NCBI RefSeq assembly: GCF_009914755.1
Contig: NC_060931.1
From: the human T2T-CHM13v2.0 reference genome, Homo sapiens
DNA length: 64,000 bases
Direction: 5' to 3' (one strand)
This document shows, one piece after another, positions 28,758 to 42,750 of this stretch. How positions within the stretch are numbered: position 1 is the first letter of the stretch; each line of letters begins with the position of its first letter. Below the pieces are notes generated by a model that made no database searches, was not told where the DNA came from, and saw only the letters and a list, made by a program, of their open reading frames with translations. The position numbers and the translations under genes are program-made.

Positions 28758-31433
28758 TCACTGGGCTTTTTTTTTTCTCCTTTTCTTTTTTTTTTAAACA
28801 GTCTGCAAAGAGACAAGTTGTGGGCCAGATTTGCCTCATCAATGGAGTTTTCTCAGCCTGTGATCTTAGAGACTGGGAGTTCAGTTCTCAAACAGTTAAG
28901 TAGAGGGAACTTTCCATACTCTTCAAAGCTCGAGGTTACCAGGAGAAGTGGTCCTGACAGGCATGTCACCTCAACATTTCTGAAACCTGTGATGAATGTA
29001 TAGTTTTGGATTACACCTGTGTTGGGGCAGTTCTTACATACACTTCTCACTGAAACCTGTGGCTCTGATAGGTTAGATAGCTGAGCCATATGTTGCACTG
29101 GAAATCAGAAGCTACTTCAAACTGGGTTACACTAACGAACAACAGTCCGTTCTGGACTGTTGTGCAGGTTCACTGAGGGTGAATAAATGGTAGAGAAACC
29201 ATTCGGGCTAACCAGGTTCACCAGAGACTGGTTTACCAACCAGAAGTGAGAAATACATGTTACTTAGAACCATCAGACACAACCAGTTTTATCCAAGGCC
29301 CAGCACATCTTATTCTGCCAAAAAGTGAGGAAACGCTCAAAGAATCATGGGAGCTTATCAAATTTCACAGGCGCCAGATTGAAGGTGCTCCCATTGGCCA
29401 AATCTGGGACAATCTGAACATCAAAATAAATGATAGTAATGGGTTATAACTCATTGAATAAAATACAAATCCATATGTCCATGCTGATATAAATAGGGGA
29501 AGAAAGAAAAGCTCTTTCTTATAGTAAAATACCAAATAAAAAGTAGAGAAAAAAATGAGAAAAACATCAATGGGGTTAAAACTAGTTGAATTTTTTATGA
29601 GAGGCAGGATATTTGCTTAGTCTCAAAGTACAAAATGGCTTATTAATTTCAGAGAGGAAAATAACTTTATAGTGGATAAACTTGGCAACCTTAGCTGAGT
29701 GATCAAGTTTGTCGCCAATAATAAGAAAAAGCAACATCATGCACTTTCTGATATGATGCAAGGAGAAGGCCACAATATTTCTGAGGTATTGCCTGAGTCT
29801 AATCTTGAAACATGCAGCTCATTGGTCCCATTTATGCTTTTTGTTTCCTTCTCTATCCTGATCTCATATCTCTTCATTTTTATAAAAAATGCATAAAAAT
29901 GTAGTCCTATCTCCAAAATATTTTATAAAATAAACTCTTTTAGGAGAGATTTTAAAAGAATTTGTGTCAGATCTTCTGTCCTGAAAAACTAAAAAGTCCC
30001 TGCAGAAGAGTTGTAAATCAAAGTCACAGAAACACAGGACTGGATGGTAACTTAATTAGCTGTTCCATTTCTGTTGGTTAGCAGTGTCTTCAATCTGAAA
30101 GCGTACTCACATTACCCCACACATACTAGAGGACCCTTTCCAGGAGAGGTTCATTCCCCCTGTACCTGCTGGGTGGCTCATTACCCTCCAGCCCAGCCAG
30201 CTTCTATGTCAGTGCCATAGCATGCAAGAGAGCCCTTTGAACCTCACTGCAGGACTGTAGGACTTGGGGAGAAAAAGCACATCTATATCCTGCCTGGTGT
30301 TCATATCCAAGTCTGCTATTACAGGGAGATTTGGGTTGGTTTGTTGTATTTTGTTTCAAAATATGCCAACTTTTCAGGTTGTTCTATAGAAAATTGTATT
30401 CAGCAAAATTTGGGGAAGATAGCGAGATGGTTGATGAGAAGAAAAAGAACCTTTTTCTTATTTTATGTGAAAAACCCAGTGTGACTGGACCTCTTAGCAA
30501 AAGTCTAGTAATCATGATTTTGGGGTGGTCTTATTAACCAAAATCCTCTTTAGAAAGATGGAATATATGCTTATATCTCCAGGATTTTGCTTTATAGGAA
30601 AAAAGGCACAGCTTCTCATTAAGAGAAAAGACATTATTGATACTTTACATTGTATAATACCTAGTGGCCTTGTTTCCAAGGTTCACTCTCAAATTGTTGA
30701 AAGTGAATCTAGTAAATAAATCTAGATAACTCACTTACATTTTTAAGTAACTTTTGTCTTTTTCTCCATGCCCCCTTTCTTGACCTCACTTTCAAAAGAT
30801 AATCTTGTGGTGTGGAAGATCCAGGTGGCAGTTTAGCACCAGGAGGCTGCTGCAGGGAAACCCCAGGCCCTGGTAGCCCTTCTCTGGGGTGAGCCCATCT
30901 TCACCTTTGCTGGCCATGTGGATGAGGGCCGAGACTCAGCTAGTCCCTTGTGTTCCAGAACTGCTAACCTGCTTCTCTGGCTGCTTCTGCTTTAAGAGCT
31001 CAAAGGTAGCAGTGGAGTGCTGGAGCCAAGTGGTACTGGCCCACAAGAACCAGTGTGTACATCTCCTCCCAACTGCCCAACCTGTGACATCATATTGGTT
31101 GCTTGGAATTGGCCAGGGTGAAAGTACTTATGCTCTAGAAATTGTTAAATGCTGCAAGTTAGGGCTTTGCTTTGCCTTTTCCTGAGAGCTGATTATTAAA
31201 CATTTACTGGCACACCGCTGCTTAGGCAAGACACGTTTGCTGAGATTCAGGTTAGCTAATGAGGAAATGAAAAATAATAGCAATGCTGAGAGTTGTAAAA
31301 TGTTATCTGTGATAAAGGGGCTATCTGAAATAGCCTCTTAACAGGTCTCTCTGTCTCCAATATTGCTCTCCTACCCTACCACAAATTTATCTATACACAG
31401 GGCTGCAGAATGATCCTAATAAAATGCAACTGA

Positions 31434-31733
31434 GGCTGGGCACGGTGGCTCATGCCTGTAATCCTAGCACTTTGGGAGGCTGAGTGAGGCAGGTGGATCA
31501 CCTGAGGTCAGGAGTTCGAGACCAACCTGGCCAACGTGGCAAAACCCCGTCTCTACTAAAAATACAAAAATTAACCGGGTGTGATGGCATGTGCCTGTAG
31601 TCCCAGCTACTCAGGAGGCAGAGGACAGGAGAATCATCTGAACCCGGGAGTCAGAGGTTGCAGTGAGCCGAGATCGTGCCACTGCACTCCAGCCTGAGTG
31701 ACAGAGCGAGACTCCATCTCAAAAAACAAAGAA
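31434..31733 (+). mobile_element. AluSx-like
   Basis: TSD aaaatgcaactga. Confidence 0.9.
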
Positions 31734-32037
31734 AAAATGCAACTGATACCTAGTTTCTCCCATACTTAAAATAAAATTTGGCAGCTACATCTTAGAACAG
31801 TCTAAGCACAAAGACATAACGAGTTGTCTAGAAGAATTTTTTCACTGTGCCCAGAGATGATAAGACTGTTGGTGATTATTGACACAATATCTCACAAGAT
31901 GAATGTGTAAAAAAAAGTGAATTTAATAATAAATAACGGGGAATATTCCTTTTCTGTGACTGACTGGTCACAGTCCTTATTCAAGGAATATCTGTTTCCT
32001 CTATTACTCATTATTATAGAAAAAGTGGCATGATGAA

Positions 32038-32562
32038 TGTGGTAGCTAGCCTCCAAGATGGACCCAGTGATCTTGCTTCCTGATATTCATACCCTGTGTA
32101 TTTTCTTCTCCCATTGAGCAGGCTGTGTTACCAGTAGGATTTTGCAGAAATTATGATGTGTGACTTCTGAGGTTATAGGTCATAAAAGACATAGCTTCTG
32201 TTTTGTTCTGTCTTGGATCACTTACTCTGGGGTAAGCCGGCCACAATGTTGTGAGGACACATACAGCTGTAGGATTAACACAGGAAGAGCTGAGGCCTTC
32301 TGCCAACAATCTGTACCAATTTGCCACCCATGTAAGAGAGCCATTTTGGAAGTGAATCCCCCTAACCCCAACCAAACCTTTAGATGACTGCAACCCTGGC
32401 CAGTGTCTTGAATGCAACCAGAGTGGGAAACTGAAAACCAGCATCACTCAGCTAAGCCCTACCACCTTCTTGACCCACACAAATTGGATGAAACAATGCT
32501 TATTGTTGTTTTAAGCTGCTAAATTTTGGGGGGGTTGTTTTGCAGCAGTAGATAACTAATGC
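32038..32562 (+). mobile_element. MLT1F/G-like MaLR LTR
   Basis: tgtggtag...tgatgtgtgacttctgaggttataggtcataaaagaca...gttgttttaagctgctaaatttt...gcagcagtagataactaatgca. Confidence 0.75.
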
Positions 32563-33134
32563 AAAGAGCAGTTGCAGGGGATCAATCCTGAGGAGTATTT
32601 GTGCTATAAGTATTGTGAGCTTTCCTTGCTCCATATCAGAAAAGCTCTTTCTCATGATCTCAGATTCCCTTGGAAGGTGCTGACTATCGCTATAATGTGG
32701 TGAAACAACTTAATCTGAAGGTAGGGAGAAGGAAGATCTGAGCTTAGATTGGGAGCAGAGTTCTTCCTAATTTTGGTTAGGTATGAATAGCTGCTGTTGT
32801 TACCAAAGCAATAAATTGAACACTGGTCATACATGAGGTTTGGAATAGAAGATAAACACATTTGCAATCAAATAAATCTGATACACATAGTAGTTATGTT
32901 GTCATATGGTTAGCAGGAGCAAATAAACCAATCCTATAAAAAATACATCATCTGTTAGTTTTTATCCAACTAGCCAATTGTATCTAGGGCCAACCCTTTT
33001 AAGAAGATACAACTGATAGTTTCTCAGGTGGGAAAGGAAATAGCTGATTCCAAGACATTAGGCAGTTGAACTGAAGTGATGCCTCCCTCTAGTAGCAGTA
33101 GAACACTACAGCTTATTCCTCCCACTATAGCACT

Positions 33135-33350
33135 GCAGGGTAACCAGAGTTAACAATAATTTTATTGTATATTTTCAAATAGTGAAGAGAGGATTTTGAA
33201 TCTTCCCAACCCAAAGAAATGATAAATGAGGTGATGTGTATGCTAATTGCCCTTATTTGATCATGACACATTGTACACATGTTCAAAATATCACACTGTA
33301 CCCCATAAATATGTAAAATTATATGTCAATTAAAAATAATAATAAATAGA
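33135..33350 (+). mobile_element. L1MA 3' end fragment
   Basis: ttattgtatattttcaaatag...cacactgtaccccataaatatgt...aattaaaaataa. Confidence 0.75.
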
Positions 33351-34226
33351 CAAAAGCCTGTAGCAGTGGTTGTGAGATAAGGGTTGGGAGAAGGAAGCTG
33401 AATTGTACTGACATTTCAGTATAGTGAATTTAATCTGTTTTCCCAACATTGGCTGAATCTGATGGCTTTAGACTTTTCAAGGGAAGCAGCCTAAGGACAT
33501 TGAGCTCCTTGGTTGGGAATAAAAGAGGTTCATTGAAGAAAATGTGACCGAAGTGAAGGAATGGAAGGCTCTTGCCCTTCTACTGTTTTCAGACTTCTTC
33601 TCTCCCCTCTCAGCCTGTACAACTTGTCAGGCACTAAGGTTGAGAAAGCCATAAAATGCTAGTGAAATAAGGAGAGACTGTTAAGATTCCCCCCACAATG
33701 CCAATGGACTTAAGCTAGCTTTGGCAGGGAACAGAGCAGGAATTAAGGAAGTCCCAACACCTTGTGGCAAATGAGAATTACCTAGTTCAGCTCCAAATGA
33801 AATTCTGTGCCCTTAGGAGCGATATTGTGAAAGAATGATGAACAAAAAATCAATTTATTCACAGAACAAAAGCATATCAGTGTTAAAGAAATAAAGGAAT
33901 TAAAATTTTAAAGATGTTTCAGAAAGAAAAAATGGCAAAAAAGAAAATTGTCTTATCCTGATTTTTTACTTAAAATCCCTGTCATTGTCAGTCACGTATC
34001 AAGAGACTGGCAGCCTGTCTTTCTATGTTTATTATTTGTTTTGTTTCCACGGATGCTTCTGAAATCTTTGTTAGAGGCAAAGGCACTCAGACTGCCAAGA
34101 GAAATTAGCAATGTTTCCACTGTGGCATAGACACAGATCACACCAAGAACAAATAGAAGCATTCCGCTGCATACTGCCCCAACTCCTGCAGGATCTGTGC
34201 TTTTGGCTGGTATGGTGACATGAGGG

Positions 34227-34401
34227 CAGGGTCGGCTTCATGGGCATGAGGCCTGTGCAGTCACAGAGAACCGGGCACTCAGAAGGGCCCTGCTCTTGTT
34301 TTAATATTCTGTGGTGGGTGTCTTGAAATTCGTAATTTTTGAACAAGGGATCCTGCATTTTCATTTTTCAGTGGGCTCCACAAATTACGTAGCTCATCCT
34401 G
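34227..34401. mobile_element. MER91A-like hAT element
   Basis: CAGG...CCTG termini; 8-bp TSD catgaggg/tgtgaggg (consistent with CpG decay of cgtgaggg). Confidence 0.8.
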
Positions 34402-35286
34402 TGTGAGGGTGCTCTGGGGAAGGCAACACACCAGCTTTGGAGGTAGGCAGGCTTGGAATTCCATCTAAGCTGCCTCTTACTACACAATGGGAAAATTATC
34501 CTCTGAACTTCAGATTTTCATCTGCAATGAGGACAATGCCTTCTACCTCTTGGTGTTATTGTGAGGATTAGACACTGTTGTGAAGGAATGCAGGTAAAGT
34601 GTCTAGAACAGCACACCTGGCTTCACCGTGATTATTCATAAAAGGCAAGTCTCTATATTGGATCCCAGTTGATGTTAGTGCTGGTCATAAAAACAAGAAA
34701 AATATGTTTTCTTTAGAAAAGCAGCTCTCTCTTTCACATCTTACAGGAAGCTGTGGACTTACATTGCCACGGCTATCGCTTTTGCCAGGATTCTCATGGC
34801 TTCTTATTGCAGTTGCAGCCAAAATAGAGACTACGAAAATTAACAATCCTCTTAAATATTAGCTGCTTCTTGTAAGGTAGTTGTTTTTCATGATTCCACA
34901 CCAGAAACAAGGAAGTCAATGAATTTTCCCAATTCTTTTAAGAAGATATTAATGTGAGTAAAATACACAATTTAAAATACCTGATGCCCTTTCTGATAGC
35001 CTGGAGCAAAGGATGTTTCCACTGTTCCCACTGTCAAAGCAGCAGGTCTATTCCAGCCCCCAAATAGCTGTGGTCAGAGAAACTTACTTCCTTGTTTATT
35101 ACTTCTAAAGGTAGAGTGATATTGGAGCACCAGTTTACCAAACCCAAACCAAACTGTAAGTACTACCTTGATGGGCTGAAGTAGTCCCTATTGTGGGGAG
35201 AGGATATGGAGCTGAGACAGGCCCTGACATTACACAGGGTTGAGATGATGTACCTCAAAACCAATGCCCATGACACTGTCTAAATA

Positions 35287-37019
35287 CAGCCTATTCTTGT
35301 TATTCATTGTACTTATTTTCTGTAAAGTAGCCACGCATACTGAATAAGTGAGCACTGAACCATTGTTCTTAGAGGAGATACAGGGTTAAGTCACAATCTT
35401 TGGTCACATTTTCGTCAGTTGGCCAGTACATAATCTTGTTTTATGAGTGTTTCTGTTTAAAGACACTTTATTTAATGTATATTCTTGAGTCATTATTGTT
35501 GAACTCATAACCAATAGCACTATAACTCATGCCTAAAGGAAGCTTATGTAATGCACACATTTTCCCTATGATGCACATCACAGTCTTCTCCTGCTTGGGA
35601 ACGCTAAGACAGCACTTCCAAACTGCACTTGGGGGCCATTTTAAACAAAATCACCAATAAAAAGTACAAAAACATGAAAAATGTGGCACTTGTTTTTGGT
35701 ATGAGAGCTTGTGGGAAGTCAGGAACCCCCGAATGGAGAGACCAGCTGAAGCCATGGCAGAAGAACATAAATTGTGAAGATTTCGTGGACATTTATTAGT
35801 TCCCCAAATTAATACTTTTATAATTTCTTATGCCTGTCTTTACTGCAATCTCTGAACATCAATTGTGAAGATTTCATGGACACTTATCACTTCCCCAATC
35901 AATACCCTTGTGATTTCCTATGCCTGTCTTTACTTTAATCTCTTAATCCCATCATCTTCATAAGCTGAGGAGGATGTATGTCCCCTCAGGACCCTGTGAT
36001 GATTGCGTTAACTGCACAAATTGTTTGTAGAGCATGTGTGTTTGAACAATATGAAATCTGGGTACCTTGAAAAAAGAACAGGATAACAGCAATGTTCAGG
36101 GAACAAGAGAGATAACCTTAAACTCTGACTGCTGGTGAACCAGGTGGAACAGAGCCATATTTCTCTTCTTTCAAAACAAATGGGAGAAATATCACTGAAT
36201 TCTTTTTCTCGACAAGGAACATCCCTGAGAAAGAGAATGCGTCCCTGAGGGTAGGCCTCTAAAATGGCCACTTCAGGGGCGGCCGTCTTTTATGGTCGAA
36301 GCTTAGGGATGAAATAAGCCCCAGTCTCCCGTAGCGCTCCCAGGCTTATTAGGACCAGGAAATTCCCACCTAATAAATTTTGGTCAGACTGGTTGTCTGC
36401 TCTCAAACCCTGTCTCCTGATAAGATGTTATCAATGACAATGCATGCCCAAAACTTCATTAGCAATTTTAATTTCGCCCCGGTCCTGTGGTCCTGTGACC
36501 TCACCCTGCCTCCATTTGCCTTGTGATATTCTATTACCTTGTGAAGCACGTGATCTCTGTGACCCACACCCTATTCTTACACTCCCTCCCCTTTTGAAAA
36601 TCACTAATAAAAACTTGCTGGTTTTGCCGCTTGTGGGGCATCACGAAACCTGCCAACATGTGATGTCTCCCATGGACACTCAGCTTTAAAATTTCTCTCT
36701 TTTTTATTCTATCCCTTTATTTCTCAAACCAGCTGACACATAGGGAAAATAGAAAAGAACGTACGTGAAATATCAGGGGTGAATTTCGCCTGATATCTGG
36801 CTGAATTTCCCCCGATAAGACCTGAAATGAAGACAGAGTATTGCCATCTTAGACCTCAACTGGGAACATGCACATCAGGCCATTCAAGTTTCTATGGCTC
36901 TGTGCATGTCCAAGAGTGGCCATGAAAGTACAGTGAGTATTGATTTGGGAGCTACGAATACATTTTAGTGAGTAGGCAAATTTGCACATGTGGAATCCAC
37001 AAATAGTGAAGATCAATTG
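35287..37019. mobile_element. MER82-like Tigger element split by an LTR
   Basis: Flanked by TA; gaactcataaccaatagcactataactcatgcct...; right end gtgagtaggcaaatttgcac...gaatccacaaatagtgaagatcaattg. Confidence 0.7.
35710..36817 (+). mobile_element. MER11 solo LTR (HERV-K11/HML-8)
   Basis: gggaagtcagg...gaagccatggcagaagaaca; internal ~90-bp tandem units; AATAAA near 36606; ends gaatttcccccgata; 6-bp TSD agagct/agacct. Confidence 0.88.
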
Positions 37020-38289
37020 TACATAGAAGTGTACATGGTACATGTACTTGTACATGTACAAGTGTACGTGGTAGAGGAAGTGATTCCACTACCTTAGTGG
37101 ACTTGAAGAGAAAACACATCCAGATTGTTGGTTGAGAGATGCACGTACATGTGACATTGGGCAGTATCTCTCACATCATTTACAAGTAGGATGCAGCAGA
37201 GATACCATGAAGTCAGAAGAATTGAGATTTCTGTGGTTTCAGGTCTTTGTCTTACTAGCTGGGCAACTTTGAGTAGGTGTCTGAAAACTTCGTTTCTCAG
37301 TTTCCACATGTGTTAGTTGAGAACAATAATCATCTTTCAAAGTGAGATTGTGAGGGTGCAGTGGGTTTTTCTTTAAGTTCTGGCTTACTGTTACTTAATT
37401 TAGGGGCTAGGATTGAAGACGGTGAATCAGGTGTCATATTGTGTTTTAGAATATTCCTTTGTATATGGTTTGTCTCCCCAGAAAGAAAAGCAGATGCCAA
37501 GTCCATACTAATATTTGGATTAGGGTAATGAGTATGTTTTCATTCAAAATGCATTATGAATCCAAGGGAATAGAATATAACCATAAGCATTTTCTGGTTA
37601 AACTGGCCATCCTAATTAAGATAAAGTAATTGAATCAATAGTTTTAAGGCCTACACTAACTTATACCAGGATTTTAAGAGCAAAATAGGAATGAGAAATA
37701 ACAACTTCTGATATGTTAGCCTCAAAGGAAGAGCCCAACAAAAAGTTGGCTCCACTGGGTTGGACAGCAGTTGGGGTAGGTGGAGGAGACACATTAAAAA
37801 GACCCAACCCTCAGCCCAGACTGGAACTACTGTGCTGTTCTTCTATCATGTTGAAGACACACCCTAACCTTTCAATTCTGGGACAGGAAATATGAAATGT
37901 ACACATGTGAGTCATGGGCCAGGAAGAACCTTTTATATTTCATCAGTTAGCCTCCATGTCCACCCTTTGGAGATGTATGCCAGAGCTGTAAGTGTTCTGC
38001 TCCCAGGCTAGGGATGGGGGAGAGGGTACTGGGCATTTATGCCATTCTATCTTTTTAGATAAAAATTTGTTCAAAACTCAATACTCAGACTTACTTTCCT
38101 CATCTTGAAATGCCTAAGGCTAAAGAATATGTAATTTAGTTCATTTAGATAGACTAGAAAAAAATTGTATATCAAAACAAAAAATAATTCTTCATGAAAA
38201 AATAAAATAACATGTAAACCTGCTTTTAAAAATTGTAGAATGCTCCGTGGACAGAAAATATTAGGAATTGATTGGTGTCTATAAATAGC

Positions 38290-38665
38290 ATACATATATA
38301 CATAATGGAATACTATTCCACCATAAAAAGGATGAAGTGTCTTTTGCAGCAATGTGGATGGAACTGGAGGTCATTATCTTAAGTGAAACAAGTCAGACAC
38401 AGAAAGTCAAATCCCACATGTTCTCACTTATAAGTGGGAGCTAAATAATGTGTACACATGGATATATAGTGTGGAATAGTAGACAATAGAGACTCAGGAA
38501 GGTGAGGGAGTGGAAGGGGGTTGAATGGTGAGAAATTACTTAATGTGTACAATATACATCATTTGGGTGGTGGATACCCTAAAAGCCCTGACTTTACCAC
38601 TGCAACATCTATCTGTGTAACGAAATTACACTTGTACCTCATAAATACATACAAGTAAAAAAAAC
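38290..38665 (+). mobile_element. L1MA 3' end
   Basis: tggatggaactggaggtcattatcttaagtgaaa...gttctcacttataagtgggagctaa...A-tail. Confidence 0.85.
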
Positions 38666-38931
38666 CACTCTTATACATGTTACTCTGTTCATACAATTTC
38701 TTTCAAATGGAAGATATCTAAAAAACAGCTGTGTCTTCAAGTTTGGTATTCCACATCTTCATTTGCCAAGATGAGGCCTTTTCTACTCTGTTCATTGTCA
38801 TTATTTTATTTTATCTCGATATAAAACTAAGTTAAGGCGCGACTATTGCTAAATGTTATCACCTAACACTATTGATTCACTTTCCTGTTTAATCTCTATC
38901 ACCTACTCTTTTCTTTAAAAAAATTATTTTA

Positions 38932-39237
38932 GGTCAGGCGCGGTGGCTCACGCCTGTAATCCCAGCACTTTGGGAGGCCGAGGCGGGTGGATCACGAGCT
39001 CAGGAGATGGAGACCATCCCGGCTAACACGGTGAAACCCTGTCTCTACTAAAAATACAAAAAAAAATTAGCCGGGCGTGGTGGCGGGCGCCTGTAGTCCC
39101 AGCTACTCAGGAGGCTGAGGCAGGAGAATGACGTGAACCTGGGAGGCGGAGCTTGCAGTGAGCGAGATCGCGCCACTGCACTCCAGCCTGGGTGACAGAG
39201 CAAGACTCCATCTCAAAAAAAAAAAAAAAAAAAAAAA
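38932..39237 (+). mobile_element. AluY
   Basis: ggctaacacggtgaaacc, gcggagcttgcagtgag; CpG-rich; long A tail. Confidence 0.92.
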
Positions 39238-40520
39238 GATTATTATTTTATGGCCAAATACTTATTTAGCCCTACGTCTACATGCAATTCTTATATTTGG
39301 AACTTCTTAATCAGAAACTAAATGTGGATTTGGTTTGAATGCTTGTTTTAATGATTAGTTTATTATGAGTACAGGAACAAATAAGTGATATCTGTTTCCT
39401 CATCTGTTTGTGATGATTTATTTTACATTAGCATAAAGTATGCAGCTCTATGTGAGAGCATCAGGAAGCATCTGTGATGATATGGATTTTGATAAGCTAA
39501 ATGTTATCTAGGGCCTTAGGTTTTCTCATGTTTTCACATTTCTCAGTAGTAAGGTCACACTGAGTTGTGTCATATTTAGCTTAAGGGACACCAGAGTGAA
39601 CATAAGAGCCCAGGCTAAAGCCACCTCTTCCTAGTGCACTGTCACCCACCCTGTCCCTTTTCCTGGGCATCTGTCTTATATTTTATTCACCGTGGGCCTC
39701 GTTCTTGTTTAAAACCCAAAGAATCTTTAAAACGATTCAGCAATAGTACTTGAGGGGGTCACTCCACGCAGAGATATTTTACAGTTTAAAATGCCACTCC
39801 TATAGGGTTGGCTGAAGCCAAAGGTTTTTTAAAACTATATAGAAAAATAAAAAATAAATGCCACTTCTAAAGATTGGAAACTTTAACCTCCCCACAATGA
39901 ATCTTCAGTGGTGAGATTTCAGGTGACAAACATGTTAGAGGTGAGATTCTCTGAAGCCTGAGTTCCCCCGAAAGCCCCCAGATCACACCATATGAACCTA
40001 CCCAATTTTAGCGTTTTTAAGAGACTAAAGCCTCATGAAAGCATATGAAAACTCACTGAGATTTCTTTAGATATCTAAAAGGCATTTTGAAGATCATTTT
40101 GTTATGTGGCAAACTGTCCTTGTTTTAGAGTTGTGCTGGGTGGCATGTATAAGAACTACTTATTTTAAAGTGAAGGACTACATAACAAAAGTATTCCCAA
40201 TTTGATTTATACACCTGGCTATAGCTTTATTTCTGTGGAACAATCATGACATCTAGTGGCTAACCTAAGTAATGCCAAGAAATGGTTTCATACGCTATTT
40301 TCCTTAGCTAAATCCACTTAAATGAGAACTTGCTATTCAAATACTGTAATAAATATCCTTGTACATTTTATATACTTAACTATATGAGATAAAGATGGAG
40401 AAGTAGAATTTCTGAGTGAAAGGATATGTGTACTTAGAATGCTGATGTTGCCAATTCACCCTCCCAAGAAGTTTGTACCAATTCGAACTTCCATATTTCT
40501 TCTCATCATCCCAACAATGA

Positions 40521-40862
<342 letters not shown>

Positions 40863-41170
40863 AGTCTTTATTTCTTAATGAATGAGAGAGCTTATCTTTT
40901 TATGGCTCCCCCACCCCCCGCCTCTGCCCCACCATTTTTCTCCTTTCTTTCTTTGTTTTTTATTTTCTTTGGCCATTGGTATTTATTTATCAGTGAAGCG
41001 CCAACATACATATTCATCCCATTTTTTAAAGATTTACTGGTTCATAAGCATCTTGTTTGTAAAAGGTTTTTGCATATTGAAGAAATGTACTGTCATTTGC
41101 ATTGAAAATATTTTTCTTAGTTTGCTTTGTGACTATTTTTTGCTTTGTAAAGTTTTTAATGTTTATATAG

Positions 41171-41480
<310 letters not shown>

Positions 41481-41540
41481 CTACTAGTATTTTCCTTTAT
41501 AGTTTTAGTTTCATGTCATATTTAAAATGTCCATCTCCTC

Positions 41541-41892
41541 TGATATGGTTTGACTGTGTCCTCACCCAAAACTCACCTTGAATTGTCATCTCCACATGTC
41601 TGGGACAGAACCAGATGGAGATAACTGAATCATGGGGGTGGTTTCTCCCATACTGTTCTCATGGTAGTGAATAAGTCTCATGAAATCTGATGGTTTTATA
41701 AATGGAAGTTCCCCTGCACAAGCTGTCTTGCCTGCTGCCATGTAAGACGTGACTTTGCTCTTCCTTCACCTTCTGCCATGATTGTGAGGCCTCCCCAGCC
41801 ATGTGAACTGTGAGTCCATTAAACTTCTTTCCTTTATAAATTACCCAGTCTTGAGTATGTCTTTATTAGTAGCATGAGAAGGGACTAATACA
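41541..41892 (+). mobile_element. THE1 solo LTR
   Basis: tgatatggtttg...gactaataca; 5-bp TSD tcctc. Confidence 0.9.
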
Positions 41893-42326
41893 TCCTCTCC
41901 CAGAGGACAAAAATTAAAAATATTGTATGTTTATTTATGTAACATAATCATGTATGTTATTTAGTTTTAGTTTTTACATTTAAGTCTTTCATCTATCTAT
42001 TAATAGCATTTTAGTGAAACAGGGTAGGCAGGGATTTGACTTTATTCTTACCCTAGCAATGTAGAGGAGATTGGTAAATTTAAGTATAGCTATTAAAAAC
42101 ATTGAGTGTAGGTATCTGTACTAATGAGAAAAGATGTCAAAAATATGCAAAGGATAAGAAGACATTAGGAAAATGGCAGATAAGAGACAGAACTAACATG
42201 CAGCTACCACTTGGATGGACAAAACAGTGCGTGGAGACTCATATTGTGAACTTTTGCTCCAAGACCCACTGCAGGAACATACCAGGAAAACAAATAATTC
42301 ACAGACCCTTTGAAAGAAGCGGCTTT

Positions 42327-42750
<424 letters not shown>

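Noticed and set aside
33080-33098. CTCF-like motif (also near 30820-30852)
   Set aside because: Mismatches at core positions; cannot be supported without a PWM score or ChIP data
35763-35935. Spaced direct repeats superficially like an array
   Set aside because: Internal ~90-bp tandem units of MER11; no unique spacers, and this is eukaryotic DNA, so not CRISPR
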